This document shows positions 63,136-64,000 of a DNA stretch of 64,000 nucleotides, in pieces (positions within the stretch are counted from its first letter, which is position 1; every line of letters begins with the position of its first letter). The DNA comes from Octopus sinensis (taxonomy: Eukaryota): contig NC_043000.1 of assembly GCF_006345805.1 (NCBI RefSeq), forward strand, positions 13,640,001 through 13,704,000. Reading direction: 5' to 3'. The position numbers and the translations under genes were made by a program. The notes beneath the pieces are model-generated. The model was not told the DNA's origin. It searched no databases and saw only the letters and a list, made by a program, of their open reading frames with translations.

Positions 63136-64000
63136 CTTAATTTATTGACCCTGAAGAGATAAAAGGCAAAGTTGACCTCAGTGGGAGTTGAACTCAGAAC
63201 ATACGGAGCCAGAAGAAATGCTACTAAGTATTTTGCCTAATGCGCATACAATTCTACTAGCTCACCACCTTATGAACTGACACACAGCTTGTTAATTCAT
63301 TTCAGAAGAAACCAATGCAACAATAAAAAAAATAATGCATTACTGACTAAAGATTCACAAAATGCAGTCTAGACTATCTGCATATGCAGCAGCTCCTCTG
63401 TACAAGATATATCAGTTGTAAATTAGTGTGGAGCACACTTGTATGTTCTGTTGGATCAGCAGCTGCTCAGAGATGAAGTAATTTATTTTATTCCATGAAG
63501 AATACATTGAGTCTTTGTCGTCGTCGTCGTCATTGTCATCATCATCATCATCGTCGTTTTAAATCCATTTTTCCATGCATGGAATTTGTTGAGGAAGAAT
63601 TACTATGGCTGGATGCCATTCCTGTCACCAACCCTCACCTGTTTCAAAGTAAGGTAATATTTCCTATCACCAGACATGTTACCATGAAAGATTGGAAACT
63701 TAAGACACTGCAAGTATGACAGTGACTCTCATTTACGATTATCATGCATTGTCAAAGAAAGAAGACACTTACAGACACACACAAACGTACAGCTACATGA
63801 AAGATGGCCCTCTTTCAGTTTCCATCTATCAAATCTATTCACAAGGCTTTGGTCTTTTGAAGACAACAAAAAAACATTTGTCTAAAGTGCCATGCAGTAG
63901 GACTGAACCTGAAACTGTGTGTTTGGGAAGCAAACTTCTAACCACACAGCCACACATTGTTATAGACATGTGGTTACTCTGAGTTCACTGAAACTCTGAG

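Overview
This is eukaryotic, AT-rich, repeat-saturated DNA. The tRNA-derived SINE families, RTE LINEs with (GAT)n tails and very high (TA)n/(TAA)n/(TACA)n microsatellite density point to a coleoid cephalopod, most likely Octopus (inference). I recognise no intact host gene, rRNA, tRNA or CRISPR array. Most ORFs in the supplied track are microsatellite or antisense-repeat artefacts, and one weak candidate exon lies at 59458-59566 (-). The window contains three tRNA-derived SINE families, young and old RTE LINE copies, R4/Dong-type non-LTR fragments in (TAA)n tracts, a decayed Penelope-like (PLE) RT ORF, mariner, Tc1 and maT (DD37D) transposase relics, and several MITEs. The most notable signal is a set of short non-coding palindromic elements carrying type I hammerhead ribozyme (HHR) motifs. 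At 28.4-29.0 kb there are two identical, complete HHRs, one per strand. At 47.7-47.9 kb there is one complete HHR, with a truncated sister copy at 33.2 kb. A decayed double-HHR hairpin lies at 26.6 kb and a ribozyme-less relative at 33.9 kb. In most of these palindromes one arm stops at an internal TATA and runs into a (TA)n tract. Larger fold-back inverted duplications lie at 36.5-37.4 kb and 61.8-63.1 kb. All alignments, folds and family assignments were done by eye, so boundaries are approximate.
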